This document shows positions 26,801 to 38,864 of a DNA stretch of 56,885 nucleotides, piece after piece. Positions within the stretch are counted from its first letter, which is position 1. The number at the start of each line of letters is the position of its first letter. The stretch is from Saccostrea cucullata. Its lineage: Eukaryota. The translations under genes and the position numbers were made by a program. The stretch covers positions 1 through 56,885 of the forward strand of contig NW_026933211.1 of NCBI RefSeq assembly GCF_032062105.1, written 5' to 3'. A model generated the notes under the pieces. That model made no database searches. It saw nothing but the letters and a program-made list of their open reading frames with translations, and was not told where the DNA came from.

Positions 26801-29800
26801 ATGTGATTGTCAGAAAAAAAGCTTTAAGATATCTGAGAATTCCAGATATTGTGGTTAAAACATATGAAGAAAAAGGGTTTGGAACTTCAAACTCACTTGG
26901 ACAACTTTGACATATTTTTTTTAAAGATATTGATTCTCCATTGCTTGAGATACCAGATCAACTCTAAATTTTTGTGCAAAGAAAAGCTTGAAAACTAGGC
27001 TTTCTGAAATTCCTGATTTGACATCTATAAGATAGGATTGTATTGTGTTACAGAATCATGGCTGTAAGGATTGGGAGTTTATCAGTGACTGCTCTCATAA
27101 GAACATCTTCACTGCGATATTCTTTGATATCTATAAGATTGTATTCAATATTGTGTTTCAGAATCATGGCTGTAAGGACTGGGAGTTTATCAGTGACTGC
27201 TCTCATAAGAACGTCTTCACCGCGATATTCTTCGCCATGCAGTCCCTCCTTCTCCTTCTGTCGGCCATTGTTGTGGGCGTGTTGTTCTTCAGTTTCAGAC
27301 TGGAGGTAAAATAGAAAATACAAAAGTCAGTCTACCTTTGATTTTATAAATATTTGAATATCTATATATTTCATTTGAAAGGGAAAATTTTCAGAACTTT
27401 TTTTTCTCTGCAGATTGGAGATTATATTGAACAATTCCTAGTTCAGGAAAGGGATATTGAAATGGTGATGGCAGCCGCTCGCAATGGAAGGTTAGCTCCC
27501 TTTGTAAAGAATATTCTTACATGTAACCAGTGTGTCTACTATTCTTGTTGCCTTTGTAAATAAGAAAACCTTCAATGCCCAAGGTTTATTTCAGACTGAA
27601 GGACAAGAGAACAGCTGCGTATGAGCTGGCAGCCATGGCAGCCTCTGGTGACGACAACAAATTCAGGATCGTCGCAGAGGGAGGGTGAGTCAACTGTGCT
27701 TCTAAACAATGTATCCATAAAGACTATATCAAACTGTAGAATTTAAGATACCACTGTTATAATCTTTTTTTGCTATATTTTTCTGTTTGATTAAGTTTGG
27801 AGGTTCTGCTAGCTCTAGCAATGAGTACAGATGAAGGAACACAGGAGCACGCGGTGGAGGCTCTAGAGGAACTCATCACCATCCCCTCCATACAGGTAAT
27901 TTATCATCCCCTCCATACAGGTAATTACTCATCACCAACCCCTCCATACAGGTAATTTATCATCCCCTCCATACAGGTAATTTATCATCCCCTCCATACA
28001 GGTAATTGCTCATCACCAACCCCTCCATACAAGTAATTTATCAACCCCTCCATACAGGTAATTTATCATCCCCTCCATACAGGTAATTAATCATCACAAT
28101 CCCCTCCATACAGGTAATTTATCAACCCCTGCATACAAGTAATTTATCATCCCCTCCATACAGGTAATTGATCATCACCATCCCCTCCGTACAGGTAATT
28201 GATCATCATCATCCCCTCCATACAGGTAATTAATCATCACAATCCCCTCCATACAGGTAATTACTCATCACCATCCCCTCCATACAAGTAATTTATCAAC
28301 CCCTCCATACAGGTAATTTATCATCCCCTCCATACAGGTAATTACTCATCACAATCCCCTCCATACAGGTAATTACTCATCACCATCCCCTCCATACAGG
28401 TAATTTATCATCACAATCCCCACCATACAGGTAATTTATCATCACAATCCCCACCATACAGGTAATTAATCATCACCATCCCCTCCATACAGGTAATTTA
28501 TCATCACCATCCCCTCCATACAGGTAATTTATCATCACAATCCCCACCATACAGGTAATTAATCATCACAATCCCCTCCATACAGGTAATAACAGTAGCT
28601 GTGTTTTTACAATACTGTTCAGTGGGTCTGTGTCATTGTACAAGGTATTTCAGAATATTAAATAGATTTCAGCCTTCACTGTATGTCCTGCCTATTTTTA
28701 GGACAACTTTGTGGAGATGGGAGGAGTGAAGGCTTTGACAGCACTACTCCACTCAGAGAATTCCCGAATCATGCAGGAAGCTGCCAGTGCCATCTACGGA
28801 ATAGTATCAGAGTCTGACGAACACAAGAGTGCCGTAGTCATGGATCATGGGTAAATGTCGCCATATGTTTTGTGAGAAATGAATTGAAGTATTTTAAAAA
28901 TCACAGGTTTTTACAGAATGCAAGTCATGAATTTGTGAACAATGAAGAGCTAGGCCATATTGGTGAAAAGATATCAATAAACTGCCTGTTTTAATACAGT
29001 GGCTCTGTGTAGGTTATATCAGATTCTTCAATTATCATTAATGTTGTTATGGCAGGATATTTATGTAGAAATGTGTGTTATTCCAGTCTGGATGACCTGG
29101 CCCGCGCAGCTTACCAAGGAACGATAACTTGTCAGAGGACCGTGGCCAGCATCTTCCTGGATCTGGCATTCAACAGAGATATCCGAGTGCAAATCACCTC
29201 CAGGAATATTCCAGGTAACTGTATCAAGGGACATAACTAGTGATCGGGTCAATAAATCTTGTAGTCATATCAGATATTATGATATCAACTTGAAAGTTTT
29301 GTTTTGATATTGAAGGTTTGTCTTTACTTAAATGTTAATACACTGATATAAAGAACTAACACTTAAAATGTCTGTCTTTATCTCCAGCTCAGGCCTTGAT
29401 CCATCTTTGTAGAAGCAATGATGTGGAGACTCAGAGATACGCTCTACAAACACTAGAACTTCTGGCAATAGAGAGTTCTGACATGATCTGTGCCCAGGTA
29501 GGTGCCATTGTAAATTGAGCTCTGCATTTACAGTTAAAGAATTACTCAAAAAATAACTGTTCTGGTAAAAATGACAATTGTTCTATTTAGGAAAATCTAC
29601 TTGAGGTTCTTTTGGAGCTTCCTATGAATACCATGGATGAAAAGCTGTTCCTTTTGGCTGGAAAAATCCTCCTATACTATGCAGAAAATAGACATGTAAG
29701 TCATGCCTAACTTTGTTCCTGGGGTATAAATCATAACATTGTGTGGACACCTATTTTAAGGAAGCCATCATGTAAAAATGCCCCTTAAGAAGTTTTTTTG

Positions 29801-30937
29801 ATGGGTTTCTGCTTACAGACATGTGAACTACTGATGGATCACACCATGCTGAAGGAGTCTCTGAGTATGTTTGCCAGAACCAAGGACCCCATGCTGCAGA
29901 AAGTTGTGGCTAAAATCATCTTCTGTATGCTGGAGGCTGCAGATCTACGGTGAGTTATAAATATTTCAAATCAGGACGTGTATCTTTAAAAGCCTACCTT
30001 TATATCAGGTTAGATGAGTTCAGGTTTAAGCTTAGGACTAGAAGCATCAGTCTGTACATGATTTGATTACATCATTGTAAACAGCTTTCACCAAAATATC
30101 AAATCATGATGACATGGACAGTAAAAAGACATTCTATTTCAAATAACAGATGGAACACTATTTAACGAACTTAAACATCAAGATTTATTTATTGAAAATG
30201 ACAAAAACTAAGAGTAGCAATTTAAATTTGTATACAGAAAGATAAAGTGTGACAATGGAACCTAACTATAACATATAAAGTTCTTCTGAGTTTGAACTAA
30301 AACAGATAAAAATTTTAATGATCTGTGACAAGATGATATTTTGAAATCCACACATACTAGTAAAATATTTGATGTTACATTATTTTTCGACATACACTGA
30401 ATGTTGCTTGTGTTATTATTTGACAGTGTGCGGGCTCGGCGCCTGAAGTTGGACCGGGTTCTGGAGTATATAATGGACAACTCTGCTGACAGGGAGGCGT
30501 GGGACATGGCTGACCAAGGTAACATGTAACAAATAAATTATAAAGCTGTAAAATACTGACAGTATATCTGTTATCATTTCTTCTGTGAAAGAGGTTCTTA
30601 ATCTGCATTAAAGATTCACTGTGTGTGAAAATAAAAAAAAAATTAAGTATAGCTCTGTAATCTTAGAGTCAAATACCTACTTCCTACATACCTGGTCATT
30701 CCTATATTCTGAGTCTGTGACAGTATGATAATGTAGATATTTTCTAACATTACAGGCCTACAGGTGATGAATTCCAAGGACGACCACGCCCCCGTCCCAG
30801 CTCTTCCCTCCCTCAGTACACTGGAAAAACTCAACAAAATGGCTGCCAAGGACTCGTTTGGATCACGAGCTTCCCTACGCTCAGATCAAGGCTCATCTGG
30901 AGGCTCGTCTGATGACGTAAAGAAGGGACTCAACTGA
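23852..30937 (+). CDS. Uncharacterised 648-aa protein: N-terminal ubiquitin-like domain, ~4 TM helices, C-terminal armadillo repeats; 16 exons
   Basis: Exons: 23852-23884, 24858-25070, 25424-25567, 25925-26079, 26689-26782, 27162-27305, 27414-27490, 27595-27684, 27796-27895, 28702-28850, 29087-29214, 29388-29497, 29591-29695, 29819-29949, 30427-30518, 30756-30937. Total 1947 nt, all GT-AG, open frame. UBL: MLIYIESKAFPHRTFVVVVNFNDKIARIRARM..GYPDHQFRLRYKGQYLRDAFLIRDYDIVDNSVIKMI. ARM: NKFRIVAEGGLEVLLALAMSTDEGTQEHAVEALEEL and FVEMGGVKALTALLHSENSRIMQEAASAIYGI. Confidence 0.88.
24036..24701. mobile_element. MITE with CAGGTCC(A/G)GCACAATCTCTTGATTAAGCTATATAGC TIRs, 5-bp TSD
   Basis: TTCAT at 24031-24035 and 24702-24706. 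Subterminal AAGCTAT..ATAGCTT palindromes. Confidence 0.8.
25645..25761. mobile_element. 117-bp hairpin element, 10-bp TSD (MULE-like)
   Basis: Palindrome CAATCTGAT..ATCAGATTG. ATGCAAAGCA occurs at 25635-25644 and 25762-25771. Confidence 0.8.
26561..26720 (+). repeat. Triplicated 3' splice site plus exon-5 start (57-59-bp period)
   Basis: TTGTT(C/T)ACAG|(G/A)AGA(T/A)TTATTTTC..TACTTCTTG x3, with AGs ending at 26572, 26629 and 26688. Confidence 0.85.
27020..27232 (+). repeat. Duplicated 3' splice site plus exon-6 start (108-bp period)
   Basis: CAG|AATCATGGCTGTAAGGA..GCGATATTCTT x2, with AGs ending at 27053 and 27161. Confidence 0.9.
27872..28590 (+). repeat. 25/31-bp minisatellite made of the exon-9 3' end plus splice donor (~25 copies)
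   Basis: Unit TCATCACCATCCCCTCCATACAG|GTAATT. The first copy is the true exon end at 27895. Confidence 0.95.
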
Positions 30938-32359
30938 GGATATACCCTCCTCCCCATGCAATAGAACTCAAGTACTGTTGAAATCTTTTCTGTGACGATG
31001 TTAATTAAATTTTCCATAGTATTTTATTTTTGTTACAATATATTTATCTAGTATTCTAATAATATGCATAAATTTAAAGTTTTGTTTATTTTTTCCGTCC
31101 AAAATATGCACTCTTTATGAGTTATTTAAGGAAGTACATGTATATTGTACAAAAAGGACATACTAAAGTATATCGATTTTGTTACCTTTTTTTTTTTTAC
31201 AAACTTGACATTTATTTGTTGATTACTGTGATAATTCTATGATTTATTCCTATTTGTAGCATTTTATTCATATAAACCTGTATGTTTATATCTATCTGTA
31301 TGTAATCCTTCATGTTATTTTTTAAATATTTATGATTTAATTGTTTTCATTATTTACAACCCTTAGCTATCTTTATTATGTATTAATACATTTTCATTTT
31401 CCATTTGTTTTAATAAATTCCAACAATTTTATTATTTATATCAGACATTTTATTTGAGACTTTTGGAGGCTGGTCCTCTTTTGCTTTATTAACCATGTTA
31501 ACCGTTATAAACCAATGCAGTAAACTATTGAAGAGTTACAAGTGTGTTTTTTTTCTCTGAATTGTGGGATGTTGTCGGGTTTCTGTAGATTACAAGTATT
31601 TTCATGCATAAAGCTACTATTATCAGCCCCTTAATGTGAAGGTTTTGTAATAACAGATACATATTTTGGGTTTCCCAGAGCAAAATATGACAACAGCCAT
31701 TCTTTCTATAATATTGAATGGTACCCGTCTTTTATTCGCAAATCCTCCTATACCCCTAAGTAAAATTTAATGATACTTTCAGATTCTTAGTTACTTAATG
31801 CCAATGCACACATCCTAATTTCACTTTTTGATCTGAAACTTATTTCGGTTCTCCCAGAGTAAAACATGGACTTCCCCATTGTATATAATTATATGGGAGG
31901 CTGGGGGTATCATTTAGTGCACTCAGTGTGCACAATTCCTCTATGATGTTTTGGTAAATATTTTAAAATTAAATCATAATAAAAACAAAACAAACTAACT
32001 TAAAATACACCTTTAATAAATATAAATTTCATCATTTGTTCATAAAAAATATTTCACTTTACACATGTATATTCATGACTGACAACTTTCGGAAAGTTTC
32101 TTCTTGTATTAAAATGTCAATGAGCAGAAAGACATTAAATATCTACTAGCAGACATCTCGGAACAATGGAGTGGCAATGGAGCCTAACAGTTCATAACTG
32201 CTTTTCTTGGATTTAGTATTATGTTAAATGCAGTTGTATTATAAAACACACATAAAAAGGAATCAAAATGTTATCACCAAGAATCTCACATCTTCATGTT
32301 TGTAAAACAGATTAAAATGCACTCTTGAGACAAATTCTGAATTAAAACTGGACTAGATA

Positions 32360-35160
32360 TTACAGCGCTGAGTAGCCCGTGTAGCCAGTAATGAAAGGTA
32401 GACCAGTACCCACAGATTTCTGGTAGTCTAAATAATCTTCACCAAAAAAGTTCAGAAGATAAATCTCCTCTTCATAAATTCTCTCTCTGAAAAATCTCCA
32501 TGACACTATTGTATAGGCTATCAAACAGAATGGATTTCCTAATATAAGCTGAAAAAAAATTAAGTAAAATTCAAACATTAATAGGTCTAATATATTGAAA
32601 TGCTTTAATATGCAAAAACCTAACCCCACACATACTTGTTCTTTATTTGTTCCTCAATGCACTATATGCAGCAATGACATACACCCCTTCCCTGAAAACT
32701 GATAACCTAACAGCTTTCTACATTTAAGTTTTATTTTCTGGACAGAAAGTGATAATTGCTGCATAAAAGTTTTCTGATTTTTGTAAGCTTGAAGTGAAAT
32801 ATGTTTGTAACAGTTTCTTTTTCATGTCTTTATCAAATGCTTTGTCCAACATGTTCATCTTATTTTGATCAAGTACGCTAGATCATGCATGTGTATATTT
32901 ATATGATTTTGTTATGATCACCACCATTGAGATTTAACATTACCTGAGTCCCTATGCTCCAATATAACCACGACAATACCTGAGTCCCTATGCTCAAATA
33001 AAAACCCACGACAATACCTGAGTCCCTATGCTCTAATAAAACCACACGACAATACCTGAGTCCCTATGCTCTAATAAAACCACATGACATTACCTGAGTT
33101 TCTATGCTCCAATAAAAACAACTTGACATTACCTGAGTCCTTATGCTCCAATAAAACCCACGACTATACCTGAGTCCCTATGCTCTAATAAAACCACATG
33201 ACATTACCTGAGTTTCTATGCTCCAATAAAAACCACTTGACATTACCTGAGTCCCTATGCTCTAATAAAACCCACGACAATACCTGAGTCCCTATGCTCT
33301 AATAAAACCACATGACATTACCTGAGTCCCTATGCTCCAATAAAAGCTACAACAATAAAAGTCCCTATGCTCCAATAAAAACCACAACAATACCTGTGTC
33401 CCTATGCCCTAATAAAACCACATGACATTACCTGAGTCCCTATGCTCCAATAAAAACCACAACAATACCTGTGTCCCTATGCCCTAATAAAACCACATGA
33501 CATTACCTGAGTCCCTATGCTCCAATAAAAACCACAACAATACCTGAGTCCCTATGCTCTAATAAATACCACACACAATACCTGAGTCCCTATGCTCCAA
33601 TAAAAACCACAACAATACCTGAGTCCCTATGCTCCAATAAATACCACAACAATACCTGAGTCCCTATGCTCCAATAAAAACCACAACAATACCTGTATCC
33701 CTATGCCCTAATAAAAACCACATGACATTACCTGAGTCCCTATGCTCCAATAAAAACCACAACAATACCTATGTCCCTATGCTCAAATAAAAACCCACGA
33801 CTATACCTGAGTCCCTATGCTCTGATAAAAACCACAACAATACCTGATTCCCTATGCTCTAATAAAACCACTTGACATTACCTGAGTCCCTATGCTCCAA
33901 TAAAAACCACTTGACATTACCTGAGTCCCTATGCTCCAATAAAAACCACTTGACATTACCTGAGTCCCTATGCTCCAATAAAACCAGCCGACGTAGGACG
34001 GATGTCGACACCAGGAGTACACTCCCCTGGTGACCAGCTGATGACCTGGTCTCTTGACGTACTGGACATAATGGTTAAAATTTGTTGAAGCCGTAATCAT
34101 ACTGGCTTTCCTCAGAGATTCTCCCAACAGGACTAGTAGTACACCAATGACAGCTATATAATAATACTGCTTTAAACCTAAAATAAAAATGGTCTTATTC
34201 AGAATTTACGTAAACAAAATGATGAAATTCATAATTATACATGTGCATTTCTGCTGATAAAATGTTTACATATGTTTCTGTTTGTATAAATTCTGTGTTA
34301 TTTGACTCATACCTGGTGCTAAATACCATTCTACAAAAAACTCCAGCCAACTAGCTACTGCTGCCAACTTATACTCGCGACTGTGGTCCAACAGGTACGA
34401 GTCTAGGGTAAGAGAGGAAGGATTTGTAGCTGCTGTTGTCAAATACTCAGAGAAGTGGAAGAAGCTGAGCGCCATCAGGTACCACCCAAAATGAGTCAGG
34501 GTGGTGCCAGAGAGGCTGATAAGACACCCGAGTCCAAACACCAGACCAAGGAAGCCACCTCGTACTGCCACCTGGTAAAATATACAATACAGTAACTCAA
34601 ACCTTCACCTGTTCACATCATAATGATCATTCTTTGAAAGAAATCCATCACCTCCTATATAACATGATATAAATTATAGTTTTATTACAGTTATATAAAC
34701 CAGATATCATTCTAAAGAAATCATCAAATTTACATTACATGTTACAGTAGCTAACAGTTGTCTATAAAAATTATTTGGGAAGTAAAAATAAGACATGCTT
34801 TCAGTTTCATAACTAAAAACTGTAGATTATTCATGCATAATTAAAAGCTAGTATTCAGGTACCAATATAATGCAAAATAAAAGCAAATGATATCAATTTT
34901 GAAAAACACTCTATAGTACTTTAATATGCTACGTGTACCTTGTAGAAGTTACCGTGGACACCACCTGTTGTGGTGTAGCTGAGCAGCACCAATACGCCAT
35001 TGTACAAAATTGCATACAGTAAAAACAGAAAGAACCAAAAGTATGTATATAAGTAGTTAAAATTAGTTCCTAAGTACGATATCCATGGCACAAAAACGAT
35101 GCAGGCACCACCAAGAAAACTTTTCAAACTTATTCTACCATTCTCAACTAGAAACGCCAT
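32360..35160 (-). CDS. ICMT: Protein-S-isoprenylcysteine O-methyltransferase, copy 1; 4 exons, 295 aa
   Basis: Exons 34939-35160, 34313-34571, 33960-34177, 32360-32548, total 888 nt. Motifs: FFHFSEY, LLDHSREY, NFNHYVQ..HQLVTRGVYSWCRHPSYVGWFYWSIGTQ, RIYEEEIYLLNFFGEDYLDY. Confidence 0.96.
32935..33985 (-). repeat. 37-39-bp minisatellite made of the ICMT exon-3 3' end plus splice donor (~28 copies)
   Basis: Unit on the minus strand: TTTTATTGGAGCATAGGGACTCAG|GTAATGTCAAGTGGT. Confidence 0.95.
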
Positions 35161-38100
35161 TGTAAACACATTTCGTGATTACCCCCCTTTTTGGAGCTCT
35201 TCAATGATCACGTTTAAATTTATCGATTACTGATAGCTGTACTCCGATTCCGATGGAAATAAATATATTAAATTTTGCCTTTCACAACTGTATTTGTTAG
35301 TTACAAGTAAACTTAAAAGCTGTATAAGAACGAAACAAAACGCATCCATCATGTCACCCTGACAATGAGACAAATAGGCCCGGGATCGTTTAAAAAGACT
35401 ACAGATCAAAATATTTTTATTTGGTACTGAATTGTAGGCTAAAACTTTTTAGTACAATATAAAGATAAAGATGTTTCCTGATCATGGAAACAGAACCGTA
35501 TATTTATTTCTAATTTTAAGTCCAGAAAAAGATAAAAAATGAAATTATTAATATAGTATGGACGGAAAACCTTATTGAGTAGATAACATTGCTAATTTTA
35601 AGCAACTTATGAAAATACTATTTCGGGCTGAAGGGAATTCAGTCATACACTGTATAAAAGTACGACTACCATAAGAATTTAATTTAGAACTTCCTTGTCT
35701 TCTTTACTGACTAACACTCCAACCCACCCCAAAAAAGTTCATCATCTAAAACGGCTGAAAAATTGGAAAAAATATACCGGTATATATAATTGATCTAATT
35801 ATTACTTATCTTTTATAGTGTTTGAATTTTTCACATGTTATAAAAAATGAGTACAGTATATTTTATCAGTATCCTGTTATAATTATATCTCTAACATAAA
35901 CGATCTTTTCTAGGAATGTTAGTAAATCTATACCCACTTCTACATGTTCTATTTGCAACCTTTGACAAGAAATTCTTAATTTACATAAAGATCCCTGTAA
36001 ACCAAAAAAATTACTACAGATAAATAACTCATAACTCAGCTTTGTTTGTACTGCCATTAGTATAGTTTTGTTGACTTGCATATCCAATTCTAACTCTAAT
36101 ATCGAACTCTGGAATTCCCAAGCTTTTAAAACTTAAATACCTGCACATAAAAACTACATGTGATCAGAAAAAAAGGATCAAAAATTGTATAATATTCTGT
36201 ATCCATTCATCCATTGCTGTTTTGAGTTGTACCTTTTTAAAGATAAATGGATTGTCTATACAGGCAACTCCATTTTGGACAGAAATAAATCTCAATCGTT
36301 CCTGGAAAATTGAATTCTTGTCGTGTGAAAGAAAAGAAAGAAAACAGACAGTAACAGACAATAAATTGACATTTAAGATTTGCATAATACACCAAAAATA
36401 TTGGAAACAGCTACTCCCTTAATGATTTCGGTGTCAACCGACACGAGCAGAATCATTAAGTATCGACAGACCGATTATCTCAAGTCAGGATGACATCAGG
36501 TTACCAGTATTACTGTATAATGACGTAGTGATTTTGTTTTTTTTTTCTTCTTTCTTTATTTACGGATATATCTGTTTTAATAATCCATTTATCATATATA
36601 AAAGTCATCCGTGACATAATCCCCCTAATTCTCTTGTTACGTCTATTTCGACTTCATTTGCACCCGCCATTGTGGTTTTATTGTTCTAACCTTCCTCGTG
36701 CAAATGGCAATAGTGATATACATTATTAAAAAATTCAATAAAATAAAAAGGTTAACGTTAACCATGTTAACTAAAAGGTTGCCAGTCAGGTCCAATGTGA
36801 GGAAAAACTATCATGATATAAACCTAAAATGTTAAGAAGCAGGGAATACCTGCCGTTAACATAGTCCTCTACGTAGAGGTGTTTCTGATCGCGAGTTTCT
36901 GCAGCACCTCTTTACATGTATGTGCACTCCTATTCGTAGTCGATTCCTACATGGTCAGCCTAAACAGTTCTGGAAAATTATTGGCCAGTCAAAACTAGAA
37001 TTGTTGTTAGAATGGATTCCTAATGAAAAAAGGTAATGATAATAAACAATGAAAAATAAATTACTTTTGCAGACTGAAAAATACAAAAGATCAGTATGCG
37101 TTAACCAAATGACTTTTTAGGATAATTACATAAAAGAAATATGTTACATTAAATTACAATAACTTTAAAGTACATGTATAAGCAACATATACCCTAGCAA
37201 CCTAAAGAGGAACGCACAATATGATAATGCATGGAAAAACAAGGACAAAATATTAACGTGAATATACTCCATTCACTCTGACATTTTCGTCCTTGAATAA
37301 GTAGAATGTGTCCCTGTTTTATATGTATAAATTAAAGATATCAACTTAAACACCATTGTTCGTCTAAGAACAAACTTCCCTGAATGAGCAAAATGTTACA
37401 TCGTAGCTTGTTTATTATGTTAAATTGCGCATTCACTAACCTTAAACTCTCACAAAAGAGAAATTTGTTAGTTTTATCAAGTAATCATATGAAAAGACAA
37501 CACAGTTATATATTTCATCACTTAGGAATCGAGATAGAGTGTGCAGACTGTCATGACATGTACAATATACATATTTTTTGCTCTGGTTTTATCAACGAGG
37601 TCTAGGTGGTTATTTAAGTGTGACTTGTATATATTTAATATGTACTCATTTTGTTTAGCTTTATCTATAACGTGTAGGAAGTATTGTAATGGCTCTTTTC
37701 ACTGTTTTAATATAGACAAGAAAAGTCCACAATGCTGTGCAGCTCATTGTAATGAATACTGCTATCATAATTCATTTGAAAAAATATATATTTATTATCT
37801 CAGTCAAGCATTCCATGTGTATGAACGGATTTATTTGTTTTGCTTTCTTTCTTTCTTTTTTTTTTTTGTCATTAACATATATGCAAATAAAAATAAATAA
37901 TGTTCATGAAGATAATGATTACAATTCTTTAATAATTAAAGCTAAAAAAAAAATATTTTTTTTTACTGAATTTTTTGGCATTATTCTCTGCATGCATTAT
38001 ATGTATCAAATAAAATATATTTTTCTGCTTTACCAATACAGGGTTTTATTTTTTTTAAACAAATACCTAGGTCAGTTTGATTTGTTTTTAAAAGTCCAAG

Positions 38101-38218
38101 TGAAGCAAAAAGCAAAAAATTAAAATTGCACCATCATTCCATGTAGTGAATAATTGTATTAAATTATTTGAGTGCAGTGTTTATAAATCTAGAGAACTTG
38201 ATGAAGTAGTAGAATTTT

Positions 38219-38223
<5 letters not shown>

Positions 38224-38253
<30 letters not shown>
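38224..38253. repeat. (TA)n microsatellite (mirror copy at ~38833-38858)
   Basis: Read directly from the sequence. Confidence 0.9.
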
Positions 38254-38256
<3 letters not shown>

Positions 38257-38827
38257 AAAGAGACATCAACCATTATATAATATTTATAATACTTTTATTT
38301 TTCTTTAATTTCTTTTCATTCCAATTTCTACATTTATACATGTACATGTACTCTACTTCTGGTCTGGATTCCCCCATGTTTGTTATTGAGACCCTTAATC
38401 TTTCATTTTGTTAATGCCTATACAGCCATATTTTACACAGCATGTATTGCAGCTGTAAAAAATATAAATGTATGTATGTATCTAATATTTGACTGTTATA
38501 AAATTAAATTACCATAAGAAATCAGATTTCTCAAGCTTGTATGTATATGATGAAACTGTTAACAGTCACTCTGTAACAAGCCTAATGATTAAGTCATTTC
38601 CTTGAGGAACATACATGTATATGAGAGATGTAACAGGGGACAGGCCTTAGACAAAAGATGGGGATGGGGCAGAGGCAGCCTCCAAAAAAATGACAAGAAA
38701 GGAAAAAAACTAGCTGCTAAAACATGTACATGTATAAATGTAGAAATTGGAATGAAAAGAAATTAAAGAAAAATAAAAGTATTATGAAAAATATACTGCT
38801 AATATAATGGTTGATGTTCAAAAAAAA

Positions 38828-38864
<37 letters not shown>

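Noticed and set aside
31600-31930. Possible additional Helitron-like relic between the two convergent 3' ends (longer version at ~45617-46380)
   Set aside because: It is too degraded to define ends or TSDs by eye.
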